64,000 nucleotides of DNA from a virus, in the IMG/VR virus record IMGVR_UViG_3300030328_002400, positions 35,648-99,647 of that record. One strand, written 5' to 3'. The translations under genes were made by a program, and so were the position numbers. Below the pieces are notes generated by a model. The model ran no database searches, was not told the origin of the DNA, and worked only from the letters and a program-made list of their open reading frames with translations. Positions 9,075-18,950 of this stretch are shown piece after piece. Position 1 is the stretch's first letter; the number at the start of each line of letters is the position of its first letter.

Positions 9075-9790
9075 GAAAATTAGTTTCAGACGTTCGTGGA
9101 ACGCATAAGATTTTATCAACAGATGCTCTTATTACAGACCGAGTTATTGCGTCTGAAATAAAGAATGCATCTCAATTGTTGATAAAGAGAGAAACTAATT
9201 TGAGAAAACTCTGGGCTAGTGATACATTATACACTACTATTCCATGTTTAGAGATGAAGGAAGTTCCTATCTCAGAGTGTTGTGAGTATGCAGATGAATG
9301 TAATGTGTCTAGAACTGTACATAAGTTACCGAGAATATCAGAAGGTAACTATCAGTATGTAATACAAGGTGTATATTCTATAGATGCTATGGGAGGAAGA
9401 GGCAGTAAACTAAAAGAAATAACAATAAATAGGTATTTAAACTTACTTAAATTACCTATAGTAAAGAATGATTATTACTTCTGGATATCTAATGGATATC
9501 TATATGTAAATAATCCTTTATTAAAAGCAATTAGAATGGCTGCATTCTTTGAAGAGGATGTACCAAGTGAAATACTATATTCTGATTGTGCATGTGGAGG
9601 TGTAGAGGTGACGGATGAAGAGTATTGCATGAATCCTTTAGATAAGGAATATGCTCTTCCTGGTTACTTAGAGTCTTCAGCTTTAGGACTAGTATCTCAG
9701 AAACTTCTAGCTACATATTTCCAAATTAAAACCGATATGAGTAATGAAGGCATAGATGGACAAGCTCCCAATGCCCAACCAACTCAGTAA
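9062..9790 (+). CDS. Putative tail ring/adaptor protein (crAss-like)
   Basis: Position before the IHF-like and tail tubular genes; size and composition fit ring proteins. Inference from synteny. Confidence 0.55.
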   Translation: MATLRKLVSDVRGTHKILSTDALITDRVIASEIKNASQLLIKRETNLRKLWASDTLYTTIPCLEMKEVPISECCEYADECNVSRTVHKLPRISEGNYQYVIQGVYSIDAMGGRGSKLKEITINRYLNLLKLPIVKNDYYFWISNGYLYVNNPLLKAIRMAAFFEEDVPSEILYSDCACGGVEVTDEEYCMNPLDKEYALPGYLESSALGLVSQKLLATYFQIKTDMSNEGIDGQAPNAQPTQ

Positions 9791-9801
9791 AAAAACTATA
9801 T

Positions 9802-10281
9802 ATGTCAAGAGTAGCAGTTGACTGGAGAAGTGCAAGTAAAAAGAATTACGAGGACTTCTGTAAGAAGCATCCCTTAATATCTCTAACTTTCGATGAGTGG
9901 AGAAATATTCTTTATGGTTTTAATGAATCATTCAAACACTACATCTTAGAGACAGGAGAAAAAGAAAAACTTCCAACTGGATTTGGAGAGTTTTCAATTA
10001 ATAAAAAGAAGAGAAGAAGAACTAAAGGTATTGATGGAAAGGAATTTATAAACCTTCCCATCGATTGGAAAAAAACAAGAGAGAAAGGTAAAGTAGTTTA
10101 CAACTTTAACTATCATACGGAAGGATACTTTTTTGGATGGATGTGGTTTAAGTCAACTGCTAGATTTAGAAACTCAGATCTATGGTACTTTAAACCTTCT
10201 AGAAGAACTTCAAGAGATCTTTCTCACTATATAAAAACAGATCCTAAATACCAACATACCTATCATGAATGGAAAAAATAA
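9802..10281 (+). CDS. IHF/HU-like protein of the crAss-like tail module
   Basis: LPTGFGEFSINKKKRR matches the HU/IHF GFGxF signature; sits directly upstream of the tubular and stabilisation genes, as in crAss-like phages. Confidence 0.65.
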   Translation: MSRVAVDWRSASKKNYEDFCKKHPLISLTFDEWRNILYGFNESFKHYILETGEKEKLPTGFGEFSINKKKRRRTKGIDGKEFINLPIDWKKTREKGKVVYNFNYHTEGYFFGWMWFKSTARFRNSDLWYFKPSRRTSRDLSHYIKTDPKYQHTYHEWKK

Positions 10282-10284
10282 GTT

Positions 10285-11301
10285 ATGTCATACTATTATA
10301 AATACGATTTTGTATCCCCAGAGCCTCTATATGCTACAGTAAAAGAAGAACTTAAAAGTTATTTTGATACTGGTGCTGTAGATGATTTATTATTTCCCAC
10401 CTATCTAGACAAGTGTCTAAGAAAGATGGGTAGAACAACTTATAAAATTACTACAGAAGTTTTATTTATAGAAGACTTTCAAGCAAGATTACCAGACAAT
10501 TTTCATGCAGTGAGAGAAGCGTGGATGTGTGCTGTAGTTCCTGGGAATCCTTACCCTGCAGCGTCTTCTTTCTATACACAAGCTGCAAATGCTACTACTA
10601 TTCAAGTAGCTCCTTTAACTATCGGTGGTACACCATGTAACAATCCTGAATGTCAACATCCAAATTGTGATGGTACATGTATGCCTGAGGTAGTACAAGC
10701 TGTATACAAAACAAACAGTGAAATACCTAGAGCATACAGAAGAACTTATTTATTAAAACCAGGTAACATATCAGCTAGAAAGAGCTGTAACGTAGACTAC
10801 ACTAGTTCGTGGGACCAATACAACCAATTAACTTTATCAGGACGTGAATTCACTCCAGGATCTTCTTCTTACGATTCTTTTGATGTAAGAGATAATAAGT
10901 TTGTTACGAACTTTAGAAGGGGAGTTGTTCATTTAGTGTTCTACTCTACAGATTATGATAAGATAGGTAATCAATTAATACCTGATAACTATCGTGTAAG
11001 GGAATACATAGAATCATTTATTAAATTCAAAGTATTTGAAACTCTAACTAATCAAACCAATGATGAAACATTTAATCAATTACAGACAAAATTAGCATAT
11101 CATAAATCCATGATGGATGAAGCATGGGTTATGGCAGAAATAGAATTAAAGAAAGAGACAGTTTATCAAAAACAAAGAAGAGTTGTCACTGATCTTAATC
11201 GCAATAATATGTATGAATTACCTGATGCAAAGTCTCAAGTATCAGGAAGATACTCAAATAGATATGGGTATGGATTATGGAGACGTAATGGTTGGAGTTA
11301 A
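10285..11301 (+). CDS. Tail tubular/ring protein (P22 gp4-like position)
   Basis: Synteny between the IHF-like and muzzle genes; ARLPDNF, FVTNFRRG.V and LIPD segments; helical C-terminus. Confidence 0.6.
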   Translation: MSYYYKYDFVSPEPLYATVKEELKSYFDTGAVDDLLFPTYLDKCLRKMGRTTYKITTEVLFIEDFQARLPDNFHAVREAWMCAVVPGNPYPAASSFYTQAANATTIQVAPLTIGGTPCNNPECQHPNCDGTCMPEVVQAVYKTNSEIPRAYRRTYLLKPGNISARKSCNVDYTSSWDQYNQLTLSGREFTPGSSSYDSFDVRDNKFVTNFRRGVVHLVFYSTDYDKIGNQLIPDNYRVREYIESFIKFKVFETLTNQTNDETFNQLQTKLAYHKSMMDEAWVMAEIELKKETVYQKQRRVVTDLNRNNMYELPDAKSQVSGRYSNRYGYGLWRRNGWS

Positions 11302-11310
11302 AAATAATAT

Positions 11311-14300
11311 ATGGCTACCAGAAAAGAAATAGAGGACGCAAAATCTCAGAAAGCTGCTGCTGCTAAAAAAGATGATAAAGCTCAGAAAGGGCAAGTCAGA
11401 CTTGAATTCAATCAAGCTCAGACTGGTCTTAATATGGATAGCACTATCAATCAGGTAAAGACAGGTAGTCTTACTTATGCATTAAATGCTACTGTAGAGA
11501 ATTTTGATTCTAGTTCTGTAAACTATCAAAACGAACCTGGTAATGAACCATGTCTCTCCTTTCCTAGTGGGTATGAACTTATAGGAAAACATACTATTCC
11601 TGAGAAAAAGAAAAACATATTCTTTCTAACTAATCCTTCTACTGGTGATAGTGAGATTGGCTTCATGTTTAACAATGATTGTCAATATCAAACACTAGTA
11701 AATGCTCCATGTCTAAGATTTACTATTGACAACCCTATTCATAAAGTGGTGCATAGGATAACCAACTGTACTACAGAGATATACTGGACTGATGGAATAA
11801 ATCCAAGAAGATATCTGGACATAGATAATATTCCTTACATTCTTGATCCTAATTCCGATCCTGGATGTGATCCTGTATATACTGATAAGTTAGACTGTAA
11901 TCAACTTAAGATACAGCCTAATTTTGACATTCCATTTGTAGAAATAAATAGCGTAACAAATGTAGGAAATCTAGTTGCTGGAACCTATCAGTTTGCTGTT
12001 CAGTATGCTGATGCAGCTGGTAGTGATTTAACCTCTTACTACTCGGTCACTAACCCTACACCTATTGCTGATCCTTTAATAACCACTGTAAACTTCAATT
12101 ACCCAGTGGGTAAATCTATAGAAGTAAGAGTATCTAATTTAGATCTAACAGGACAATACAACTATTTTAACCTAGCTGTAATAAAAACTATAAATGATAT
12201 TACATCAGTAGAACTAGTAGGAACTTATAATATTACTGAAGCGGATGAAATAATTACATACACAGGAGCAGATCAAAGTCCTATTCAGTTATCTATTGCT
12301 GATATCTTTGAAAAATATCCATACTATGATGTAGCACAAGATTTAACATCAGCTCAAGACACTCTGATTTGGAGTAACTTAACTTCGATAGATAGAATAA
12401 ACTATCAACAGATAGCTAATAATATTACTCTACAATGGGAGACTCATAGGATTCCTCCGGGAGAGGATTATTCTAATGAATTAAATGCAACCAACTATCG
12501 TGGATACATGCGTGATGAAGTGTATGCATTTGAAATAGTATTTCTTTTAAAAAACGGAAAACAGACAGATTCATTTCATATACCTGGTCCTGCTAATCTT
12601 AATCCTCAACCAGATGTTCCTAATACTAACAACGATTTTATTGGAGAACCGGAGTACTATGTAGGAAATATAGGATATAGTCCTTACTGGAAGATATATA
12701 ATAATGCTACAGTGGTTAGTGAATCTACACAAGATACACAAGATCCAAACTATAAAGGACCATGGTACTATGGAAATTTTGCGTATTGGGAATCCACAGA
12801 GAAATATCCTTGTAATACAGATATATGGGGAGATCTTGCAGACACACCTATCAGACACCATAAGTTTCCAGATGTTAATGTAAGTCCTATTGTAGAGAAT
12901 CCTACTATTACCTATGATGGAAATAACATAGTTCCTATTATGCAGGATTCTGATGCTATATTCCCTATAGGAGTAAAGATTAATAATGATCAGATAACAC
13001 AATTAATTACAGATTCTAATCTTACTCAAAACCAAAAAGATGATATAGTAGCTTTTAAGATAGTAAGAGGAGATCGTGGCACTAACAAATCAGTAATAGC
13101 AAAAGGTATACTTAGAAACATGAATAAGTATACTAGAGACGATCAAGACTATTTCTATCCTAACTATCCATACAACCAAGTTTCTGGAGAAGACGCATTC
13201 TTACAAGAAAATAACAATGCATGGAATGTAGACTCTAAATCTTACCTAGTGTATTTTCCTGATAAGCGATATGGCTTAACAGGAAATTATATATTTCCTA
13301 TTCCTATAGCAATAGATGTAGAGGAAGATGAAGGTGTGTATCAATATACAAGCATAGTTAACGGAAGACCCACCCAAGCTAAAATCAAACAAAATTGTAT
13401 TATAGAAGTATGTTCTTTAACAAGACCTATTTCTCTTCAAGGAAGAATGACAATAGGACCAGGAGACTTTGATGTTTGGGCATGTGGACATGATTCAAAT
13501 GGCATTCCTAGAAGTGGTTATCGAGTAGCTTGGGAAAATCCATTTAACGATATAAATTTTGATGGCACCATTCCTCAAAGTCTATTTATAAAAGCTCCTG
13601 AAGGAATCGGAGCAGGGTTTAGAAGATGTACAATTATTACTCCTATTGATCCAGAGTTTGAGACTTATACACACGTCTATAGTGGATATGATCCAGGTGA
13701 TGGTGATGGTGGTGATGCTGGTGGTGAAAGGTATGATCCTTCTCAATCAGGTAATGGACATATGTATGACCCAGACATTGATGGGACAGGGATTAATCCA
13801 CAACCTAAAGTAGAATTGAAAAACATAATGGGAGTGGATTGTGATCTTACTTCAGTATCATTTGTAAATGCAGGACTTGCAGGTACAGGAAGATATAGAC
13901 CTGAAAGTTTTGATCCAAATAGCAATTGTCCTGAACCAGTAGAAGGTTTGAATTCATATGGTTGTGATACATGTATAAAAACAGAGAATCCAGACAATCT
14001 AATTCCTTGGCCTCAGGCTGCATTTGGACAACCTACAAATCCACTTCCTCAGTTTGCTGTAAATGATAGTGTTTCTCCACAACTTGCATTTCCTATGCCT
14101 ACAGATGAAACAGAGAACGCTGGTGGTGTGTGGGAACTAAATAACACATTGACACCTGCAGAAACTCATAGAGGGGGATATGATGGTTTTAATTCAAGAT
14201 ACAGCAGGAGATCTTGTTTAAAGTGTGACAGAGATATACCTATTAAACCATTAGATGGGGCAGATTATGAAGAAGCAAAAGATGTTTTAGATAAACAAAT

Positions 14301-17300
14301 ATTCAATTCACCAGACACATCTTTTGGACAACCATTCTTAGGAAGCGTACTTAAGTTAGAAAGTGTAATGTTTGGAGGAGGTAAAGCTCACTTTGTAGAA
14401 GTAAAAGATAATGCTAAATATAAACTACTATCTAAAGAAGCACAAATAGATGCTTTAAATAGTGCAGAGAATATAGCAGCAATGGGAGCTGGTAGTGGTT
14501 TCGATGCTGGTATAATGTTTACAGTATATCAATCATATCTTACTATATATATAAATGGTATTACAAGAAAGAACTATGGAATGCAGTTTAATTCTAGAGC
14601 TAACTATGATTATCATCTACCTGTTCCTAATAACTCACGTGGAGGAATAAAGCAAAGAGAAATAGACTTAGCAAGATACTTGATACCAGGAGTGCAGTCT
14701 TTCAATAATGGACAACCTCCAATAAATAACTGGAATAGAGAGTCGTCAGTATTCATCGATACTAAAACTAGTGATGATATTTTGGCACTTCCTCTACCAC
14801 AAAATACTCCTGAACTTAGACCAAACTTAAATGAACCTTCTACCTTAGTTGAGTATTCAAGATTTAATATAGGGGAATCAGGAGCATGTGATAAACCAGG
14901 ATTGGAGCAAGATATTCAAGTGGTTTCCTACTATGCTTCTATGAAAAATATTATCCCTAATCAATGGGGTCAGATTAATTCATTCCAAAGAATAGACACA
15001 GGTTATCAGAAACTTGTTACAGCCACTGGAACAGATACAGTATTTGGTGGAGATGTATTCATATCTAGATTTGCATTTAAAACTAAACTACCATTCTTTA
15101 TAGATAACAGAGTTAATGGACCAGATGACTCAGATATATTCTTTGATGAAATAGGAAATGTTGCATATCCTAAATTCTGGCATTCATCTAGATCTATATT
15201 GTCTAACTATAGAGTAACTGAAGGTGATGATCAAAACATGTACAACCTTATATCTGTTAAGGCACGCAATTTTGATTGTCCAACAGACCCTTCTTTATAT
15301 CCACAAGGAGGAGGTCAAACTGAGAATCCTATAGCAGGAACTTATAGAACATTCTATGATGGGTATATGTATTTGTTTGCGTATGGTATTCCTAATTTCT
15401 ATTGTGAGACAGTATATAATACAGATCTAAGACAAGCCTTTAATACCAATGAAGGAGACTTCTGGCCTCATGTAAGTGGTGGTATTCCTGATGATTGGTT
15501 ACAGGAAACAAATGTACCTATTGCTCAAGATAATACATACTACTATAATGTTACATTCTCAAAACAAAATAAAGAAAATGTATTTACTCAACTACCTCCA
15601 GACTGGATAGAAGATTTATGTTTTACATACTTCCCATTCAGAGCAATCTATTCAGATACACAGGGAGATAGTGCAGATAACAGAGTAAACAACTGGCTTG
15701 TATATAGAGCTCTTTCTTTCCATGACTTCCCACAGAACTATGGTAATCTTACATCCTTAGATGGTATGATGGATAGAGCTGTGTTAGCACGTTTTGAAAA
15801 CAAAGCTTTACTATATAACAAGCTATTAACAATTGATACTAGTAACCCACAAGCAGCCTACATTGGTAATCCTAGATTATTTGATGGAGCTCCTCCTGTA
15901 GATTTTGCAGAAACAGACCTAGGTTATGTAGGGTCTCAACACAAGTTCCTACTCAAATTACCTTACGGATCAGTTACTGCAGATGCTAAAAGAGGTCAGA
16001 TATTCTTAATGGCTGGCAGCGAAGTTGTAGATATAACTAAGTTTGGTTCTGGTGTAAATAGATTTATAACAAATCATTTACCATTTGAGATTCTAGAATA
16101 CTTCCCAGATGTATATATAGATAATCACTTTAAGGGTATAGGATTACATGGTGTATATGATAGTAAGTTTGATAGAATTATTGTTACAAAATTAGATTAC
16201 ATTCCACTTAGTGATAAGGTTAAATATAACTCTGAAAGTAAGAAGTTCTTTGTAGAAACAGTAATAGACGAAGAACTCATAGTACAAGAAGTATTTTTAT
16301 TTGACAAAGAATATTTCTGTAGTAAATCTTGGACTATGTCGTTTGACTTTAGTACAAAAACGTGGATATCTTTTCACTCCTATCTACCTAATTTTTACAT
16401 AGGAGAAAACAACTTCTACTATTCAGGTATAAATACTTGCTGTACAGAGTTTACTGCTATACTAGACACTCCAGATAGAAGTAGAATTGGAGAGGAAGAT
16501 CCCCTATTAGATGTAATTGCAGGAGAACTTCAACCCCCTGTTCTTATTACAACAAGTACAACTACTACTTCTAATCCTTTATTTACAACTACTACAACTA
16601 CTGCATATGTTCCTGACTGTACAGTTAATATAGTGATATCTGAAGAACTAGAATGTGAAATTGATGGAGTGGGATATATTACTGTTCCTAGTCCTACAAC
16701 TACAACTATATGTGCTAGACCTAGTGGTTTATTAACTGATTCATTTACTGAAGGATATCAAACTAAAACAGCAGCAGGTCCAGTGGTAGGTACAAATAGT
16801 GCACAAGAAGCTTGTGCAATTGGATCTCTGTTAAAAAATGTCTCACCTGGCTCACAAGAGATAGTGGGGATAAGCTTCGTATATCAAGCTACTCCAGTTA
16901 TATCTCAAGATGGTTTAATAGGAAGCTCGGTATATTTTGGAGACAGTTCAGACTGTACACGTGTTGCTGATGGATGGTATACTAGAGAAGCTGATGATTA
17001 CACTAGAGCTATATATGTTGAAGATGGTGTAATAAGAGATGATATAGATTGTGACTGTAATACACTTACAACTACTACTACTACGTACACTGGAGGAATA
17101 AACGAGTGTTGTGGATTCATTATTAACAATGATAATGCAGAGGCATATATATGGAATAACGCAAGTGTTATTAACTTTGGTAACTTAATAAACATTCCAG
17201 GTTATACAGGTGGTAAGTTAGCTTTAGGTCCAAATACATTATATGTATGGGATGGTAGTTTAGCATTTAAGAAATGGACTATAAACACAACTAACTGGAG

Positions 17301-18081
17301 TGCAGTACAAGAGTTAGATATAACACCAGCTGGATTTAATACAACAGCTGGAGTGGTAGTTAAAGATGATAATACATTAATAGCACTAGACACAACTGCC
17401 GGTAATGTAGTGGAGATAGATACTACATCAGCAGCAGTAACAGTTAAGTTTGCTTTACCAGCTGGTTATACATGGACAACAAATCTACTATATACCACCG
17501 CAGGTAAACTAATAACAATAGGAAAAAACACTGCAGCAGCAGAACACCACTATTTTGAGTGGGATTATGATAATGCAACAGTAACACCAGAGGTAGATAT
17601 AACAATCACTGCTGCACAATGGGATCACACAAAACCAGTTTCAGCTATTTACGAGTGTGAGTGTAATACAACAATAATTGCAGGTTCAACTACATGTGAC
17701 TATGCATATTTCCAAGTAACTCCATTAACTCCATTTGATGTAGTTTTCCTACAGGATGCATCTAGTAGTTGTTTACCTATACGTCCTACAGTTTGGGAAA
17801 CTCGAGAAGTAAGTAACATCACTCAACAAGCTTCTTGTACTAGTCCAGCTGGTGGACCTACAACCACTACTACAACTACCACTGCATTTGTTACTACTAC
17901 AACTACTACTAGTATATATCCATGCTATAAGTGGGAAGTAACAGGACCTATTGTAGTGTGGTATGATGACTGTAATGGAATACCTCAGAGTTTATCAGTA
18001 GCTAGTGGAGAAACAAAACAATATTGCACAAACGTTAATGTTGGTGCAGAAGGATCATTAATAGGAGCATGTGATATATAG
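11311..18081 (+). CDS. Tail stabilisation/muzzle protein (P22 gp10-like), N-terminal part, with insertions and a poly-Thr-linked C-terminal extension
   Basis: GLNMD..YALNA start, YWTDGINPRRY, GTYQFAVQY, GYMRDEVYAFEIVF, FGGDVFI and WTMSF...WISFHSYLP motifs typical of crAss-like stabilisation proteins. Confidence 0.75.
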   Translation: MATRKEIEDAKSQKAAAAKKDDKAQKGQVRLEFNQAQTGLNMDSTINQVKTGSLTYALNATVENFDSSSVNYQNEPGNEPCLSFPSGYELIGKHTIPEKKKNIFFLTNPSTGDSEIGFMFNNDCQYQTLVNAPCLRFTIDNPIHKVVHRITNCTTEIYWTDGINPRRYLDIDNIPYILDPNSDPGCDPVYTDKLDCNQLKIQPNFDIPFVEINSVTNVGNLVAGTYQFAVQYADAAGSDLTSYYSVTNPTPIADPLITTVNFNYPVGKSIEVRVSNLDLTGQYNYFNLAVIKTINDITSVELVGTYNITEADEIITYTGADQSPIQLSIADIFEKYPYYDVAQDLTSAQDTLIWSNLTSIDRINYQQIANNITLQWETHRIPPGEDYSNELNATNYRGYMRDEVYAFEIVFLLKNGKQTDSFHIPGPANLNPQPDVPNTNNDFIGEPEYYVGNIGYSPYWKIYNNATVVSESTQDTQDPNYKGPWYYGNFAYWESTEKYPCNTDIWGDLADTPIRHHKFPDVNVSPIVENPTITYDGNNIVPIMQDSDAIFPIGVKINNDQITQLITDSNLTQNQKDDIVAFKIVRGDRGTNKSVIAKGILRNMNKYTRDDQDYFYPNYPYNQVSGEDAFLQENNNAWNVDSKSYLVYFPDKRYGLTGNYIFPIPIAIDVEEDEGVYQYTSIVNGRPTQAKIKQNCIIEVCSLTRPISLQGRMTIGPGDFDVWACGHDSNGIPRSGYRVAWENPFNDINFDGTIPQSLFIKAPEGIGAGFRRCTIITPIDPEFETYTHVYSGYDPGDGDGGDAGGERYDPSQSGNGHMYDPDIDGTGINPQPKVELKNIMGVDCDLTSVSFVNAGLAGTGRYRPESFDPNSNCPEPVEGLNSYGCDTCIKTENPDNLIPWPQAAFGQPTNPLPQFAVNDSVSPQLAFPMPTDETENAGGVWELNNTLTPAETHRGGYDGFNSRYSRRSCLKCDRDIPIKPLDGADYEEAKDVLDKQIFNSPDTSFGQPFLGSVLKLESVMFGGGKAHFVEVKDNAKYKLLSKEAQIDALNSAENIAAMGAGSGFDAGIMFTVYQSYLTIYINGITRKNYGMQFNSRANYDYHLPVPNNSRGGIKQREIDLARYLIPGVQSFNNGQPPINNWNRESSVFIDTKTSDDILALPLPQNTPELRPNLNEPSTLVEYSRFNIGESGACDKPGLEQDIQVVSYYASMKNIIPNQWGQINSFQRIDTGYQKLVTATGTDTVFGGDVFISRFAFKTKLPFFIDNRVNGPDDSDIFFDEIGNVAYPKFWHSSRSILSNYRVTEGDDQNMYNLISVKARNFDCPTDPSLYPQGGGQTENPIAGTYRTFYDGYMYLFAYGIPNFYCETVYNTDLRQAFNTNEGDFWPHVSGGIPDDWLQETNVPIAQDNTYYYNVTFSKQNKENVFTQLPPDWIEDLCFTYFPFRAIYSDTQGDSADNRVNNWLVYRALSFHDFPQNYGNLTSLDGMMDRAVLARFENKALLYNKLLTIDTSNPQAAYIGNPRLFDGAPPVDFAETDLGYVGSQHKFLLKLPYGSVTADAKRGQIFLMAGSEVVDITKFGSGVNRFITNHLPFEILEYFPDVYIDNHFKGIGLHGVYDSKFDRIIVTKLDYIPLSDKVKYNSESKKFFVETVIDEELIVQEVFLFDKEYFCSKSWTMSFDFSTKTWISFHSYLPNFYIGENNFYYSGINTCCTEFTAILDTPDRSRIGEEDPLLDVIAGELQPPVLITTSTTTTSNPLFTTTTTTAYVPDCTVNIVISEELECEIDGVGYITVPSPTTTTICARPSGLLTDSFTEGYQTKTAAGPVVGTNSAQEACAIGSLLKNVSPGSQEIVGISFVYQATPVISQDGLIGSSVYFGDSSDCTRVADGWYTREADDYTRAIYVEDGVIRDDIDCDCNTLTTTTTTYTGGINECCGFIINNDNAEAYIWNNASVINFGNLINIPGYTGGKLALGPNTLYVWDGSLAFKKWTINTTNWSAVQELDITPAGFNTTAGVVVKDDNTLIALDTTAGNVVEIDTTSAAVTVKFALPAGYTWTTNLLYTTAGKLITIGKNTAAAEHHYFEWDYDNATVTPEVDITITAAQWDHTKPVSAIYECECNTTIIAGSTTCDYAYFQVTPLTPFDVVFLQDASSSCLPIRPTVWETREVSNITQQASCTSPAGGPTTTTTTTTAFVTTTTTTSIYPCYKWEVTGPIVVWYDDCNGIPQSLSVASGETKQYCTNVNVGAEGSLIGACDI

Positions 18082-18083
18082 AT

Positions 18084-18950
18084 ATGACTAAGATTATAAA
18101 CATAAAAATACTAGCTGCAAGTCCTAACACAGGACCATTTGACATATTTGATGATCAGAGCAATGTTATAGACACCTCTGTTTCGTTAAGTAAATTGGCA
18201 CACGGGGTTTCTTATACAGTGGATCAAAGTGTATTAGTAATAGAACTTAAAGCTCATGGAGATTGTGAGTACAGTAAATTTATTACTCTTGAAGATATAC
18301 CCGATGCAACATATTCGAATGCTGTATTTAAACCACTAAGAACAGGTTGTTTGTGGACTCATTTGAGAAACGATACTTTGTATAATTATTACTACGGAGA
18401 TATTGCTCCTTATATAATTGAATATCCTTTTTCATATAAGTATCATGATCAGATATTACAGAACATAAAAGACTATAGCAAGGTGTATACATATATACCA
18501 TCCGTATTAGGAGAATTTGATGCTAATAGTAAAATACAAACAGACGATAAATACTTTAATAAAGCTGTCCTGTATAATGGTCAGCAATCGACAGGTATAC
18601 TGGAGCTTGTTCCTAAACCTATGAATAACTTAAGTGAATATCTCCAATACCCTATATTAAATACTGATAGTAAAACTATTACTTTTGCAAAGACCGATAG
18701 TTTCTATCAGTATAATACTTTCTGGGCATTACAAAAAGATGACCAGGTACCTCTATTTAAAACATCCTGTGAATCCAAATCAATAGATAAGGTGGTGAAT
18801 CAGGACAACATGAACTATGGTGACTTATCATTTAAGAAGTCACAACTAAGAGCTAAGAATGTAAAGGTGAGACATATATTAGACAACTCCTCTACTACAC
18901 ATATTGTGAGTCAGTTTATTGTAGCACCAGCACAAATATCATATAAATAA
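18084..18950 (+). CDS. 'GPF-module' fused to the probable C-terminal domain of the muzzle protein
   Basis: N-terminal NTGPFDIF module, then LWTH...YYG...PYIIE...FNKAVLYNGQQSTGILEL...LRAK..KVR, resembling the usual stabilisation-protein C-terminus. Confidence 0.6.
   Translation: MTKIINIKILAASPNTGPFDIFDDQSNVIDTSVSLSKLAHGVSYTVDQSVLVIELKAHGDCEYSKFITLEDIPDATYSNAVFKPLRTGCLWTHLRNDTLYNYYYGDIAPYIIEYPFSYKYHDQILQNIKDYSKVYTYIPSVLGEFDANSKIQTDDKYFNKAVLYNGQQSTGILELVPKPMNNLSEYLQYPILNTDSKTITFAKTDSFYQYNTFWALQKDDQVPLFKTSCESKSIDKVVNQDNMNYGDLSFKKSQLRAKNVKVRHILDNSSTTHIVSQFIVAPAQISYK

Noticed and set aside
18079-18086. Stop-codon reassignment or TAG read-through, known in some crAss-like phages
   Set aside because: Multi-kb ORFs are open in code 11, and the genes after TAG stops (18081, 48298) start in a different frame
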